Assembly: GCA_965199495.1 (NCBI GenBank)
Contig: CBDASK010000003.1
Coordinates: forward strand, 3,648,001 to 3,712,000
Direction of reading: 5' to 3'
DNA length: 64,000 nt
Source: Abditibacterium sp.
Lineage (GTDB): Bacteria > Armatimonadota > Abditibacteriia > Abditibacteriales > Abditibacteriaceae
Both the position numbers and the translations under genes were made by a program. The stretch's first letter is position 1. Every line of letters begins with the position of its first letter. The notes beneath the pieces were generated by a model that had not been told where the DNA came from, ran no database searches, and saw only the letters and a list, made by a program, of their open reading frames with translations. Of this stretch, positions 1 to 8,280 are shown in pieces.

Positions 1-795
1 GTCGAGGTTGACGTGCGTGACGGGACGAAAACTGCCGCGCTCGACGACAACCGCGCGTTTATAAAGCGCTTCGGACGGCTGCAAAACCGTGCCGTCGGGC
101 CGGAACATCGCGGCATCGGAAAGCCCTAATCGCACCAGTTTTAGCGCCGTCATGCGATGGTCAACGTCCGCGAATTCGGGGCCGCTGAAATGAATCATAT
201 CTATCTCAACGCGTTCAATGGACAAGTTATCCAACAGGCTTTCCATCAAATCATCCACGCTGTCGGTATGATAAAACGCGCCGTGAACCAGGTTAATTCC
301 GACGATGCCCAGCGCTTCCTGCTGCGCCAATCGGTCGGCGTCTAACATACGCACATGAAGCAAAAGCGTGTTGGCCTCCGATTCGGGCGCGGATTGGAAA
401 GTAATGCCCATCCAGCCGTGACATTCGGTGTTGCCGTTGCCGTTGCGCCGATTGCGCGTCGTCACCGTGTCGGCAAACGCGAAAAATTGGCTTTGCGCGC
501 CGCGCTTCTCGCCCAGCCGTTTGACGACCAAATCGTATTCGTGCGACAGCATTTTTTCCAAACGCTCGCGCGAAACGTAGCGTTCGCAGGGGCCATAAAT
601 CGCGTCGGAAATCGTCATGTCGTAAGCCGACATGGACTTGGCGATGGTGTTGGAGGCGCTGCCGACGCGAAAAAACCAGCGCACGACTTCTTGTCCCGCG
701 CCGATTTCGGCGAAAGCGCCATATTTGCTGGCGTCTTGGTTAAGCTTGAGCGCCTTTTGGCCAGTCGCAATGATTTCTCGTTCGAGGGTTTCCAT
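1..795 (-). CDS. Conserved protein with a HIGH-like nucleotidyltransferase motif (family often labelled nicotinate-nucleotide adenylyltransferase or, wrongly, TonB-dependent receptor); 3' end runs off the window
   Basis: Not in the ORF track. Manual translation from ATG 795 gives METLEREIIATGQKALKLNQDASKYGAFAEIGAGQEVVRWFFRVG...HGWMGITFQ...QQEALGIVGINL...ERGSFRPVTHVNLD, open to base 1. Confidence 0.8.
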   Translation of the reverse strand, partial: METLEREIIATGQKALKLNQDASKYGAFAEIGAGQEVVRWFFRVGSASNTIAKSMSAYDMTISDAIYGPCERYVSRERLEKMLSHEYDLVVKRLGEKRGAQSQFFAFADTVTTRNRRNGNGNTECHGWMGITFQSAPESEANTLLLHVRMLDADRLAQQEALGIVGINLVHGAFYHTDSVDDLMESLLDNLSIERVEIDMIHFSGPEFADVDHRMTALKLVRLGLSDAAMFRPDGTVLQPSEALYKRAVVVERGSFRPVTHVNLD

Positions 796-933
796 AATTA
801 AAAAAGCACGGCGATTTAAATGCCACCGCTTTAGTTAAGGGTAGCAAATCCGTGTTTCGCGCGGGTTAATTGGGCGAATGTTTGAGTTAGTTGGAAGCGG
901 CTCGGCCCCCTCCAACTAAGAGGGTATCCGCAG

Positions 934-1063
934 AGTGAGATTCGCCGTTCGTAGAGACACCGACTTGTCGTGTCTAAAAAGTAGATGAGCTTGCAAAATT
1001 CTGCGGAAGCTTTGACATTTTAGACACGACAAGTCGGTGTCTCTACGAACGGCGAATCTCACT
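934..1063. repeat. REPIN-like inverted repeat, family A (GTAG-type REP doublet)
   Basis: Perfect 46-bp arms at 934-979 and 1018-1063 containing GTAGAGACACCGACTTGTCGTGTCT. Confidence 0.85.
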
Positions 1064-1087
1064 ATTCCGATAGCCTCTAACACAAAT

Positions 1088-2554
1088 CTACCGTTTCAAC
1101 CCTCCAAACGTCCCAAACTTCTCGTCCCATTTCGCCTTTTCTTTCGCTTGCGGCTCGAACGTTTGGCTTGGAAACGAAGCCCGCACGACTTCGCGAATCT
1201 GCGCCAGATCGCGAATTTCTCCGCTCGCCATCGCCTGAATTAATACGTTGCCCGCCGCCGTGGCTTCTATCGGCCCGGCGATGACCGGCTTGCCAATGCA
1301 ATTCGCCGTCAGTTGCGATAACAACTCATTTTGCGTGCCGCCTCCGACGATATACAACGCGTCGAGCGGGCCGCGCAATTCTTCCAATCGCTCGAACGTC
1401 CAACGATATTTGAGCGCCAGTGAATCCAGACAGCAACGCACCAACTCGCCCGGCGATTGTGGCGAGGTTTGCCCGCTTTCGCGGCAAACTTCGCGAATCG
1501 TCGTCGGCATATCGAGCGGCGCGGCGAAACGCGCGTCGTCGGGTTCGATGAACGGGCCGTCCGCAACTTCGCTGGCCATTTGCGTCATCGTCGCGTAATC
1601 AATTGGGTTTCCGGCGCGCTCGAAACTGCGGCGACACTCCTGCACCAACCACAAACCGGCGATATTTTTCAAAAACCGAATCGTGCCCGCGACGCCGCCT
1701 TCGTTGGTAAAACCTAACTCAAAGGCGCGCTCGCTGAGCAACGGCTGTTCCAATTCGACGCCCATCAAACTCCAGGTGCCGCTCGACAAATAAGCCGCGT
1801 TTTCGCCCGGCGCAAACGGCACGGCGGCGATGGCGCTGGCCGTATCATGTCCGGCGGGCGCGATAATCGGCGTCTCTTTCTTTAACCCAATGCGAGCAGC
1901 CACGGCGGGACGTAGCGTGCCCAGTTTAGTGCCGGGCAAAACCAAATCGCACAAAATCGAAGCGGGCAAATCGAATTGGCGCAACAAATCTTCGTCATAT
2001 AAGCGCGCCTTCGCGTCCAATAACTGCGAAGTCGAGGCGATGGAATATTCGTTTTTCTTGGCGCCGCACAGCCAGAAGTGCAGCAAATCCGGCATCCACA
2101 ATAGCGTTTTGGCAATCGGCAGTTGCGGCGAATCGGCTTTCATCGCGAGCAGTTGGTAAAGCGTGTTGAACGGCAAAAACTGCAAACCGGTGCGCGCGTA
2201 AATCTCCGATTTCGGCATCGTCTGCGTCGCGATTTCCAGATACGGCGCATGGCGCGCATCGCGATAATGAACCGGATTGCCGAGCAGTTCATCGCGCGCA
2301 TCGAGCAGACCAAAGTCCACGCCCCAAGTATCTACGCCGATGCCAGATACGTCGCCCTGAACCTTCGATAAACCGTCACAAATATCGTTCCACAGGCGCA
2401 AAACGTCCCAATACATCGCATCGCCAGTGCGCGCGGGCAAGTTGGGAAAACGGTGGGCGACATCCAATTTCAAGGCCTCGCCATCGAAGCGACCTTCGAC
2501 GACGCGACCCGATTCGGCGCCCAGATCAACGGCGCAATAGAGCAGAGAAGACAC
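1088..2554 (-). CDS. rhaB: Rhamnulokinase (FGGY carbohydrate kinase)
   Basis: AVDLGAESGRV, GIGVDTWGVDFGLLD, YLSSGTWSLMG, GFTNEGG, VGGGTQN, GPIEATAAGN motifs. Confidence 0.9.
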   Translation of the reverse strand: MSSLLYCAVDLGAESGRVVEGRFDGEALKLDVAHRFPNLPARTGDAMYWDVLRLWNDICDGLSKVQGDVSGIGVDTWGVDFGLLDARDELLGNPVHYRDARHAPYLEIATQTMPKSEIYARTGLQFLPFNTLYQLLAMKADSPQLPIAKTLLWMPDLLHFWLCGAKKNEYSIASTSQLLDAKARLYDEDLLRQFDLPASILCDLVLPGTKLGTLRPAVAARIGLKKETPIIAPAGHDTASAIAAVPFAPGENAAYLSSGTWSLMGVELEQPLLSERAFELGFTNEGGVAGTIRFLKNIAGLWLVQECRRSFERAGNPIDYATMTQMASEVADGPFIEPDDARFAAPLDMPTTIREVCRESGQTSPQSPGELVRCCLDSLALKYRWTFERLEELRGPLDALYIVGGGTQNELLSQLTANCIGKPVIAGPIEATAAGNVLIQAMASGEIRDLAQIREVVRASFPSQTFEPQAKEKAKWDEKFGTFGGLKR

Positions 2555-2561
2555 TCCTTAG

Positions 2562-2692
2562 AGAATACAGGAGACGGGAGACAGGAGACAAGGGAAACGA
2601 CAATTGTCGCCGCTCATTCGATTCAACTGCCGCGATTTAAAATCAGCTATGCCGCGCTCCCCCTGACTTCTGTCTCCCGTCTCCTGTATTCT
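2562..2692. repeat. Inverted pair of heptamer tandem repeats (CAGGAGA/CGGGAGA), family E
   Basis: AGAATACAGGAGACGGGAGACAG at 2562-2584 and its reverse complement at 2670-2692. Confidence 0.75.
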
Positions 2693-2699
2693 TAAAACC

Positions 2700-3713
2700 A
2701 TGCTAATTTTGGGAATCGAAACCAGTTGCGACGAAACTTCGGTCGCTTTGTTAGAAAGCGGCGACGGAAATCGGTTGGAAATTCGCGCGAATTTGATCGC
2801 CTCGCAGATCGAGGCGCACAGTTTGTTTGGCGGTGTCGTGCCCGAAATCGCCTCGCGCAAACATTTGGAAGCGCTCAATCCATTGTTGGAAATGTGCTGG
2901 CAGGAAACCAGCGTCGCGCTGACCGATTTGGACTTGATTTGCGTGACGCGCGGCCCCGGTTTGGCGGGCGCGCTGTTGGTCGGCGTCGCGGGCGGCAAGG
3001 CGTTGAGTTATGCGACGCGCGTGCCGTGCGTCGGCGTCAATCACGTCGAGGGACACATCAATTCGCTGTTTCTGGCCAATCCCGAATTAAGTTTGCCGAT
3101 GTTAGTTACAGTCGTTTCGGGCGGCCACACCGATTTGATTTTGATGCGCGACTTCGGCGAATACGAGCGTTTGGGCCACACGCGCGATGACGCCGTTGGC
3201 GAGGCATTCGATAAAGTCGGGCGCGCCATCGGTTTGCCGTTGCCGGGCGGCCCGAATTTGGAACGTGCCGCACGCGCGGGCAACGCGAAAGCGTTCGATT
3301 TCAAGGCGTCTAACATGGCGCCATCGTTCGATTTTTCGTATTCGGGCTTGAAAACGGCGGCTTCGCAAGCGTTCGTCAAATATCCCGACCGCGTCCAGGA
3401 CATCGCGGCGGCGTTTCAAAAGTCGGCGATTCGGCAACTTCGCAAACAAATCGAACGCGCTTTGGACGAATTTTCGCCCAAAACTCTGGGCGTGTGCGGC
3501 GGCGTGGCTGCCAACGGCGCCCTGCGCGAAGCGTTGGCGAAAGTCTGCGCGGAGAAATCAATCGCGTTCGTGGTGCCCGAACCGATTTTATGCACCGACA
3601 ACGCCGCGATGATCGCCGCCGCCGGATATTTTCGCGCGCGCCAGAACGGTTTTCCCGCGTTCGATGTGGCGGATTTGGGTTTTGAGGCGCAATCGGTGTG
3701 GCCCGTCGGTTGA
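2700..3713 (+). CDS. tsaD: tRNA N6-adenosine threonylcarbamoyltransferase
   Basis: ILGIETSCDET, GGVVPEIASRKH, NHVEGH, VSGGHT, DDAVGEAFDK, CTDNAAMIA. Confidence 0.97.
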   Translation: MLILGIETSCDETSVALLESGDGNRLEIRANLIASQIEAHSLFGGVVPEIASRKHLEALNPLLEMCWQETSVALTDLDLICVTRGPGLAGALLVGVAGGKALSYATRVPCVGVNHVEGHINSLFLANPELSLPMLVTVVSGGHTDLILMRDFGEYERLGHTRDDAVGEAFDKVGRAIGLPLPGGPNLERAARAGNAKAFDFKASNMAPSFDFSYSGLKTAASQAFVKYPDRVQDIAAAFQKSAIRQLRKQIERALDEFSPKTLGVCGGVAANGALREALAKVCAEKSIAFVVPEPILCTDNAAMIAAAGYFRARQNGFPAFDVADLGFEAQSVWPVG

Positions 3714-3730
3714 ATTGTGGCGCGACAAAG

Positions 3731-5908
3731 CTACTTCTCCACCCGAACAGCCACGCCGCCTTGCACCCACACGACCTGCTCGCCCACGCTGAGCCACTGC
3801 GCGACATTTTGATCGTTTAGCAGCGCGAAATATTCGTCTGATCCGAATTTAATCGTTTTCGGATTGGCAAATTTCGCCGCGTCGAACGCGCTGTCCGTCC
3901 ACACGCCGTCGCGCAAAACGAAGGTTTTGCCGCCCGCGATTTTGGTATCGGCGCTGGCAATTGGCGCGGCGTAACCTTGCTGCAATTGCTTTTGCGCCTG
4001 CGAAGCCACGACCGCTCCGGCGCCGGTAACGGCGTTATAATTGGCGCCGCCCGCCGCGCGCAAATTGATTCCATCGGCTTCTCGGCTGCGAAATACTCCG
4101 CCGATCATCGGAACATCGCCCAACATCGGCACTCGCCCGCCGTTTCCAATTACGCGGCGTGGGTTTTCGTCTTCGGTAATCAGCGCCGCCGTGAGCGGCG
4201 TGACGACGCCATATTTTTTGCTGATGTCGAGGATTTCGTCGCGCACTTCGCCCGCGATGGGGCGCCCGGCCCGGCGCGCGTCTTCGATGAGAAAACCGAC
4301 TTTGCGCGTCGCCCACAAACGCGGCAATTCGTCGCCGCCCGCGCTGATGCCACCTTCAAAAGTGCGCGCTTTGCCGCCGATGGTGCCGCTTAAACTGGCG
4401 GTTTTTGGTATGCCTTTATAGCGGCCCATCACGATCATCTGGCCGCCGCGAAACAGGTCGGGCAAGTGGCGCGGATAAACATCATAAACCTCCAGACCGT
4501 TGAAATTGAGCTTTAAATCAGTCAAAACCGGATAGGCGATTTTCTCATAAAGCGCGCCGACTTTGGTTTCGATGTCCTCTTTGGGCAACACGTAATCGGC
4601 GTCGCCGCCGTTTTCTGAAGCCAAACCGTCGAGCAAGCGCGTGTTCACATCGAAGCCCACGCCAAACGTCCAGATGCGCGCTTTGGTGTCGTTCTCTTTT
4701 TGCGCGTCATTCAGCAATTCTTCCACGCGCGTTTCGCCGACAGTCGGCAAACCATCAGTCAGAAAAACGACTTGTTTGGGCCGCGCTTTGTCATCGGATT
4801 TCTCGTCGAGCGCTTTATTCAACGCCGCCTCGATATTGGTGCCGCCAACCGCTTTGATGTCGGCGATAAAAGCGCGCGCGGCGTCCAAATTGCCTTTAGT
4901 CGCGGGCGTCAAACCATCGCGAAACGGTTTGACATCCGAGGCGAACGTCACGATATTAAAGCGATCTTCCGCGCGCAAACTCGACAGCAACGTGAGCAAG
5001 GCGCGGCGGGCCTGTTCGATTTTTTCGTTGTCGTTCATCGAGCCGGACGTATCGAAGACGAAGGTCACGTCTTTGGCTTCGATGGGCGCTTCGTCCGTGC
5101 GCGCGTCGGGCGCGGCTAATAACATAAAAAAGCCGTCGGTTTCGGTCGGACTTTGATAGGTCAACATTTGCAAATCAACGGCTTTATCGCCGCGCGTCCA
5201 CAACAGCGAAAAATCGCGGTCGGCGGAAGAAAATTCGCCGGTCACGCGCGTTTGGTCGCCGCTCCGCACCGTTTCAATTGGATGCGACGGCGACACAACC
5301 GCGCGCACATCGCGATTTTTGAAAGTGACATCAAGGGTCGCCGCAACGTCGGTTTGGGCGCCGGGTGTGCGCAACGGCAAGTTAAAGCGGTTGCCAGAGA
5401 GCGGTTGCGAATAGGTCAATTCGACTTCGACCTGGCCGTTGGCGGGCACGGGGAAAATTTTGGCGCGCACCAAGTCGCGTCCGACGAATTCTAAAATCGC
5501 CGGGTCGCGCATTTGGCGCACGATGCCGGTATAAATTTCGCGCGCTTTTTCGGCGGACAAAATCTCGGCGGCGATCTTTTTGCCGCCCAAAGTCACTGCC
5601 AAATCCGAAATCGCCGCGCCCGGCGGCACGCTCCACAAATAGGTGCCCTCGATTTGCCGATTTTGCGGATTGAGAAACGTCTGCGTCAGCTTAACGCGCG
5701 CGCTGGCCTCGCCGATTTCGACGCTGGCCGCTTGCTTTTGCAACTGCAACTCGTCGGTCGCGGGTTGCGGAATCGGGCGAGGAAACGGCGGGCGCGGCGG
5801 AAACGGGCGTGGCGGGCGCACCGGCACGATTTGCGCGTGTGCAAACGGGACAAAAATCGCCAGACCGCACGCGGTGGCTATCAGCAGGGAACGAGGGGAA
5901 ATTTTCAT
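3731..5908 (-). CDS. Secreted VIT + vWA domain protein (inter-alpha-trypsin inhibitor-like)
   Basis: Signal peptide, VIT region (QTFLNPQNRQIEGTY...RDPAILE), vWA MIDAS motifs VFDTSGSM and FLTDG. Confidence 0.9.
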   Translation of the reverse strand: MKISPRSLLIATACGLAIFVPFAHAQIVPVRPPRPFPPRPPFPRPIPQPATDELQLQKQAASVEIGEASARVKLTQTFLNPQNRQIEGTYLWSVPPGAAISDLAVTLGGKKIAAEILSAEKAREIYTGIVRQMRDPAILEFVGRDLVRAKIFPVPANGQVEVELTYSQPLSGNRFNLPLRTPGAQTDVAATLDVTFKNRDVRAVVSPSHPIETVRSGDQTRVTGEFSSADRDFSLLWTRGDKAVDLQMLTYQSPTETDGFFMLLAAPDARTDEAPIEAKDVTFVFDTSGSMNDNEKIEQARRALLTLLSSLRAEDRFNIVTFASDVKPFRDGLTPATKGNLDAARAFIADIKAVGGTNIEAALNKALDEKSDDKARPKQVVFLTDGLPTVGETRVEELLNDAQKENDTKARIWTFGVGFDVNTRLLDGLASENGGDADYVLPKEDIETKVGALYEKIAYPVLTDLKLNFNGLEVYDVYPRHLPDLFRGGQMIVMGRYKGIPKTASLSGTIGGKARTFEGGISAGGDELPRLWATRKVGFLIEDARRAGRPIAGEVRDEILDISKKYGVVTPLTAALITEDENPRRVIGNGGRVPMLGDVPMIGGVFRSREADGINLRAAGGANYNAVTGAGAVVASQAQKQLQQGYAAPIASADTKIAGGKTFVLRDGVWTDSAFDAAKFANPKTIKFGSDEYFALLNDQNVAQWLSVGEQVVWVQGGVAVRVEK

Positions 5909-7443
5909 GGCACCGGCAGTTCAAATGTCGAACTACTGATTGGATTGTCGTCGCCGCCAATTTGTTCCAAACGCGCGTGCAACGTTTGTCCGCTTTTGCC
6001 GTTCGCCTTTTCGATTGTCGTCTGCGAAAGCTCGACTTGCGCGGGCAGGGCGTTCAATTCGCCGCGCCAAATCGTCTGCTCGCCGCCCGGCGTTAGCAAA
6101 ATCAGGCGCGCTTTTCCAATCGGCTGGGCGACGCCAAACGTCAAAATTAGCGGGAATTTCGACGGTGGTGCGAGGGCAAAATTTCCTCCTGCACTGGAGC
6201 GTTGGTTATCGCCGCGTTGGGTTTGCGCGCGCGGCGAAAGCGTCGCTTTGACGGCTCCGCCCGGCCATTGGGCCGAAGTCGCAGACGCGGCGAGCGTCAT
6301 ATCGGCGGCGCCCGCCGTCTCACTGGCGCGATCCGTCTGCGCCGCAGACGGCGCGATTCTCCCCATCGCTCTGTTCGGTTTGACGGCTTTGGGCGCTTGG
6401 AACGCCGCATCGTTTCTGGCGCTCGAAGCGGCACCATTGGCAAAACTCGTTGACGGTGCTGGCGCCGCCATCGGCGGAACTATTGGTGCGGCGGGAATTG
6501 TCGCGCGCGACACCGAATTTTCCTGCGAAAACGAGTTATCTTCTGCCGATTTGGGCGCGGGTTTTTCCACTTTACCGGGCGCGTTTTGCGCGGGACTATC
6601 GTTTTTCGTTGCGCCATCGCTCGGTTTTGTGGAGCCGAATTTGGCTTTGGAACGCCCGTTGTTTTCCCGTTCAAACTTTGCTTTTGGCTCCGGTTCGAAA
6701 TCGCCTGGCGCGACAGCACGCGACTTCGACTTGTTGATTTGCGGTGGCGACAACGGGGCGGGCGCCACTGGAAACGCGAACGACGGTTGCGCGCCGCCGT
6801 TGGCGTCCGCACGCGGTTTTGTCGAAATGGATGGCGCGGGCAATGAGGGCAATGGTGCCATCGCTTTGGGCGCTTGGCCATTTACGTCAACGCCGGGCGC
6901 GGATTGGACGGGCGCGGGTTTTTGCGGCGCGGTTTTGGGCGGCGGCGCGCCATCGGACGCGCGCGGTTGTGGCGCTTTCGGCCCGGTCGCTTTATCTTGA
7001 ATCGCGCTGTCAGGTTTGGCAGATTGAGCAGACCCGTCATGTTTGGCGGCGCCCGCAGCCATTTCGGTTTCGCTGACGGGCGCCGAGGGCGAATAAACGT
7101 CGTTTTGCAGCGACGGCCTTCCCAGCAACATCAAGCCGATGGCGCCGACGACGGCGGCGCCGCCCCACGCGAGTTGGCTGGTTTTGAGCGGAAACGCGAA
7201 CGGCAAAACAAACGCGCGCGGCGGTCTTTCGCGCAATTGCGCGCGCACATTGGCGCGAACGCTGACCGGAACGGGCGCGGCGGGCAATGCAGCCACGGCG
7301 GCTTGAATCTGTTTTAATTCGCGCAGTTCGCGCGCGCACTGGGCGCACTCGCGCAGATGCGACTCAACGCGGGCGCGCTCGTTGGCATCGAGCGCGTCGG
7401 AAAGCAAATCGGGCAATTGCTCGCGTTGGTGGGGAGAATTCAT
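5905..7443 (-). CDS. Zinc-finger (ZAS, zf-HC2) anti-sigma factor with TM helix and long Pro/Ala-rich extracytoplasmic region
   Basis: HLRECAQC (HxxxCxxC) motif, single TM, directly downstream of an ECF sigma gene; stop overlaps the start of the VIT gene. Confidence 0.85.
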   Translation of the reverse strand: MNSPHQREQLPDLLSDALDANERARVESHLRECAQCARELRELKQIQAAVAALPAAPVPVSVRANVRAQLRERPPRAFVLPFAFPLKTSQLAWGGAAVVGAIGLMLLGRPSLQNDVYSPSAPVSETEMAAGAAKHDGSAQSAKPDSAIQDKATGPKAPQPRASDGAPPPKTAPQKPAPVQSAPGVDVNGQAPKAMAPLPSLPAPSISTKPRADANGGAQPSFAFPVAPAPLSPPQINKSKSRAVAPGDFEPEPKAKFERENNGRSKAKFGSTKPSDGATKNDSPAQNAPGKVEKPAPKSAEDNSFSQENSVSRATIPAAPIVPPMAAPAPSTSFANGAASSARNDAAFQAPKAVKPNRAMGRIAPSAAQTDRASETAGAADMTLAASATSAQWPGGAVKATLSPRAQTQRGDNQRSSAGGNFALAPPSKFPLILTFGVAQPIGKARLILLTPGGEQTIWRGELNALPAQVELSQTTIEKANGKSGQTLHARLEQIGGDDNPISSSTFELPVP

Positions 7444-7487
7444 GGGGCAAAAGTCGGGCGAAATGGAACGACGCCGGATTGACTGGG

Positions 7488-8090
7488 TTAGATGTCAAAA
7501 AGTTCCCGGTCGGCGCCCAGAGCGTCTCGCAGAGCGGCGCGCGCGCGGCTCAGGCGGCTTTTGACGGTGCCCGTCGGCACCTCCAAAATGGCGGCGCAAT
7601 CTTCGTAGGAGCGGCCCTGCAAATCGAACAGAATCAGCGCCGTGCGATAGTTTTCGGGCACTTTGGCGAGCGCGATGCGCACCGCAATTTGCCGTTCTCG
7701 CCGCGCGATTTCTTCGGGCGCCGGGCGCGCGGTTTCGTCCTGCGGGTCGAATTCCGGGCCGTCGTCCCATTCCATCGAAGAGAAATCGCGCGGACGTTTG
7801 CGCTTTTTCTTCAGAGCATCGCGCGCCACGTTGACCGCGATGCGCGAAACCCACGCGCCAAACCCGCAGTCGCCCCTGAACTTTTTCAGGTGCCGATACG
7901 CCCGAATAAACGCGTCCTGCGCCGCATCGGCAGCTTCGTCGCGGTCGGCCAAAATCCACAGACAGAGGTTGAAAACTTTGCTTTCGTGCCGCGCCATCAA
8001 CGCATCGAACGCATCCACATCGCCGCCGCGCGCGCGCGCAACGTCCGCTTCGTCGCGCTGGGCTTCGAGGTCGAGTGGATGTTCGATCAT
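7488..8090 (-). CDS. ECF sigma-70 factor (SigW/RpoE-like)
   Basis: DAFDALMARHE, AADAAQDAFIRAY, FGAWVSRIAVN, SYEDCAAILEVPTGTVKSRLSRAR. Start set at ATG 8090 because the ORF-track extension lies in a repeat. Confidence 0.92.
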   Translation of the reverse strand: MIEHPLDLEAQRDEADVARARGGDVDAFDALMARHESKVFNLCLWILADRDEAADAAQDAFIRAYRHLKKFRGDCGFGAWVSRIAVNVARDALKKKRKRPRDFSSMEWDDGPEFDPQDETARPAPEEIARRERQIAVRIALAKVPENYRTALILFDLQGRSYEDCAAILEVPTGTVKSRLSRARAALRDALGADRELFDI

Positions 8091-8139
8091 GTTCGGATGG
8101 CGGATAAGAGATTTCAGATTTCGGATATGGCCGCATCTG

Positions 8140-8266
8140 TCATTCTGAGCGCAGTGAGGCACGAACGAAGTCGAAGAATCCATAACTCTCGATGATGTAA
8201 AAGCGAAGTCCACGCGCAATCAATGGATTCTTCGACTTCGTTCGTGCCTCACTGCGCTCAGAATGA
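8140..8266. repeat. MITE/REPIN-like inverted repeat, family B (TCATTCTGAGC...GAAGAATCC)
   Basis: 44-bp perfect arms at 8140-8183 and 8223-8266. Confidence 0.85.
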
Positions 8267-8280
8267 TACGTAGTTATGAA

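Noticed and set aside
934..1063. Repeats as a CRISPR array
   Set aside because: They are inverted doublets, not direct repeats with regular spacers, and no cas genes are present.
5513..7000. 495-aa plus-strand ORF and similar long shadow ORFs (16475-17401, 17659-18486, 19826-20788, 29115-30062, 57071-58315, 63193-63972)
   Set aside because: They are antisense to well-supported genes, have no motifs, and are expected in GC-rich DNA.
8091..8219. N-terminal extensions in the ORF track (sigma 8219, LLM 34321, HupE 54015, rsmD 19457, secreted protein 24870)
   Set aside because: They run through repeats or intergenic DNA, and downstream ATGs match the family N-termini or signal peptides.
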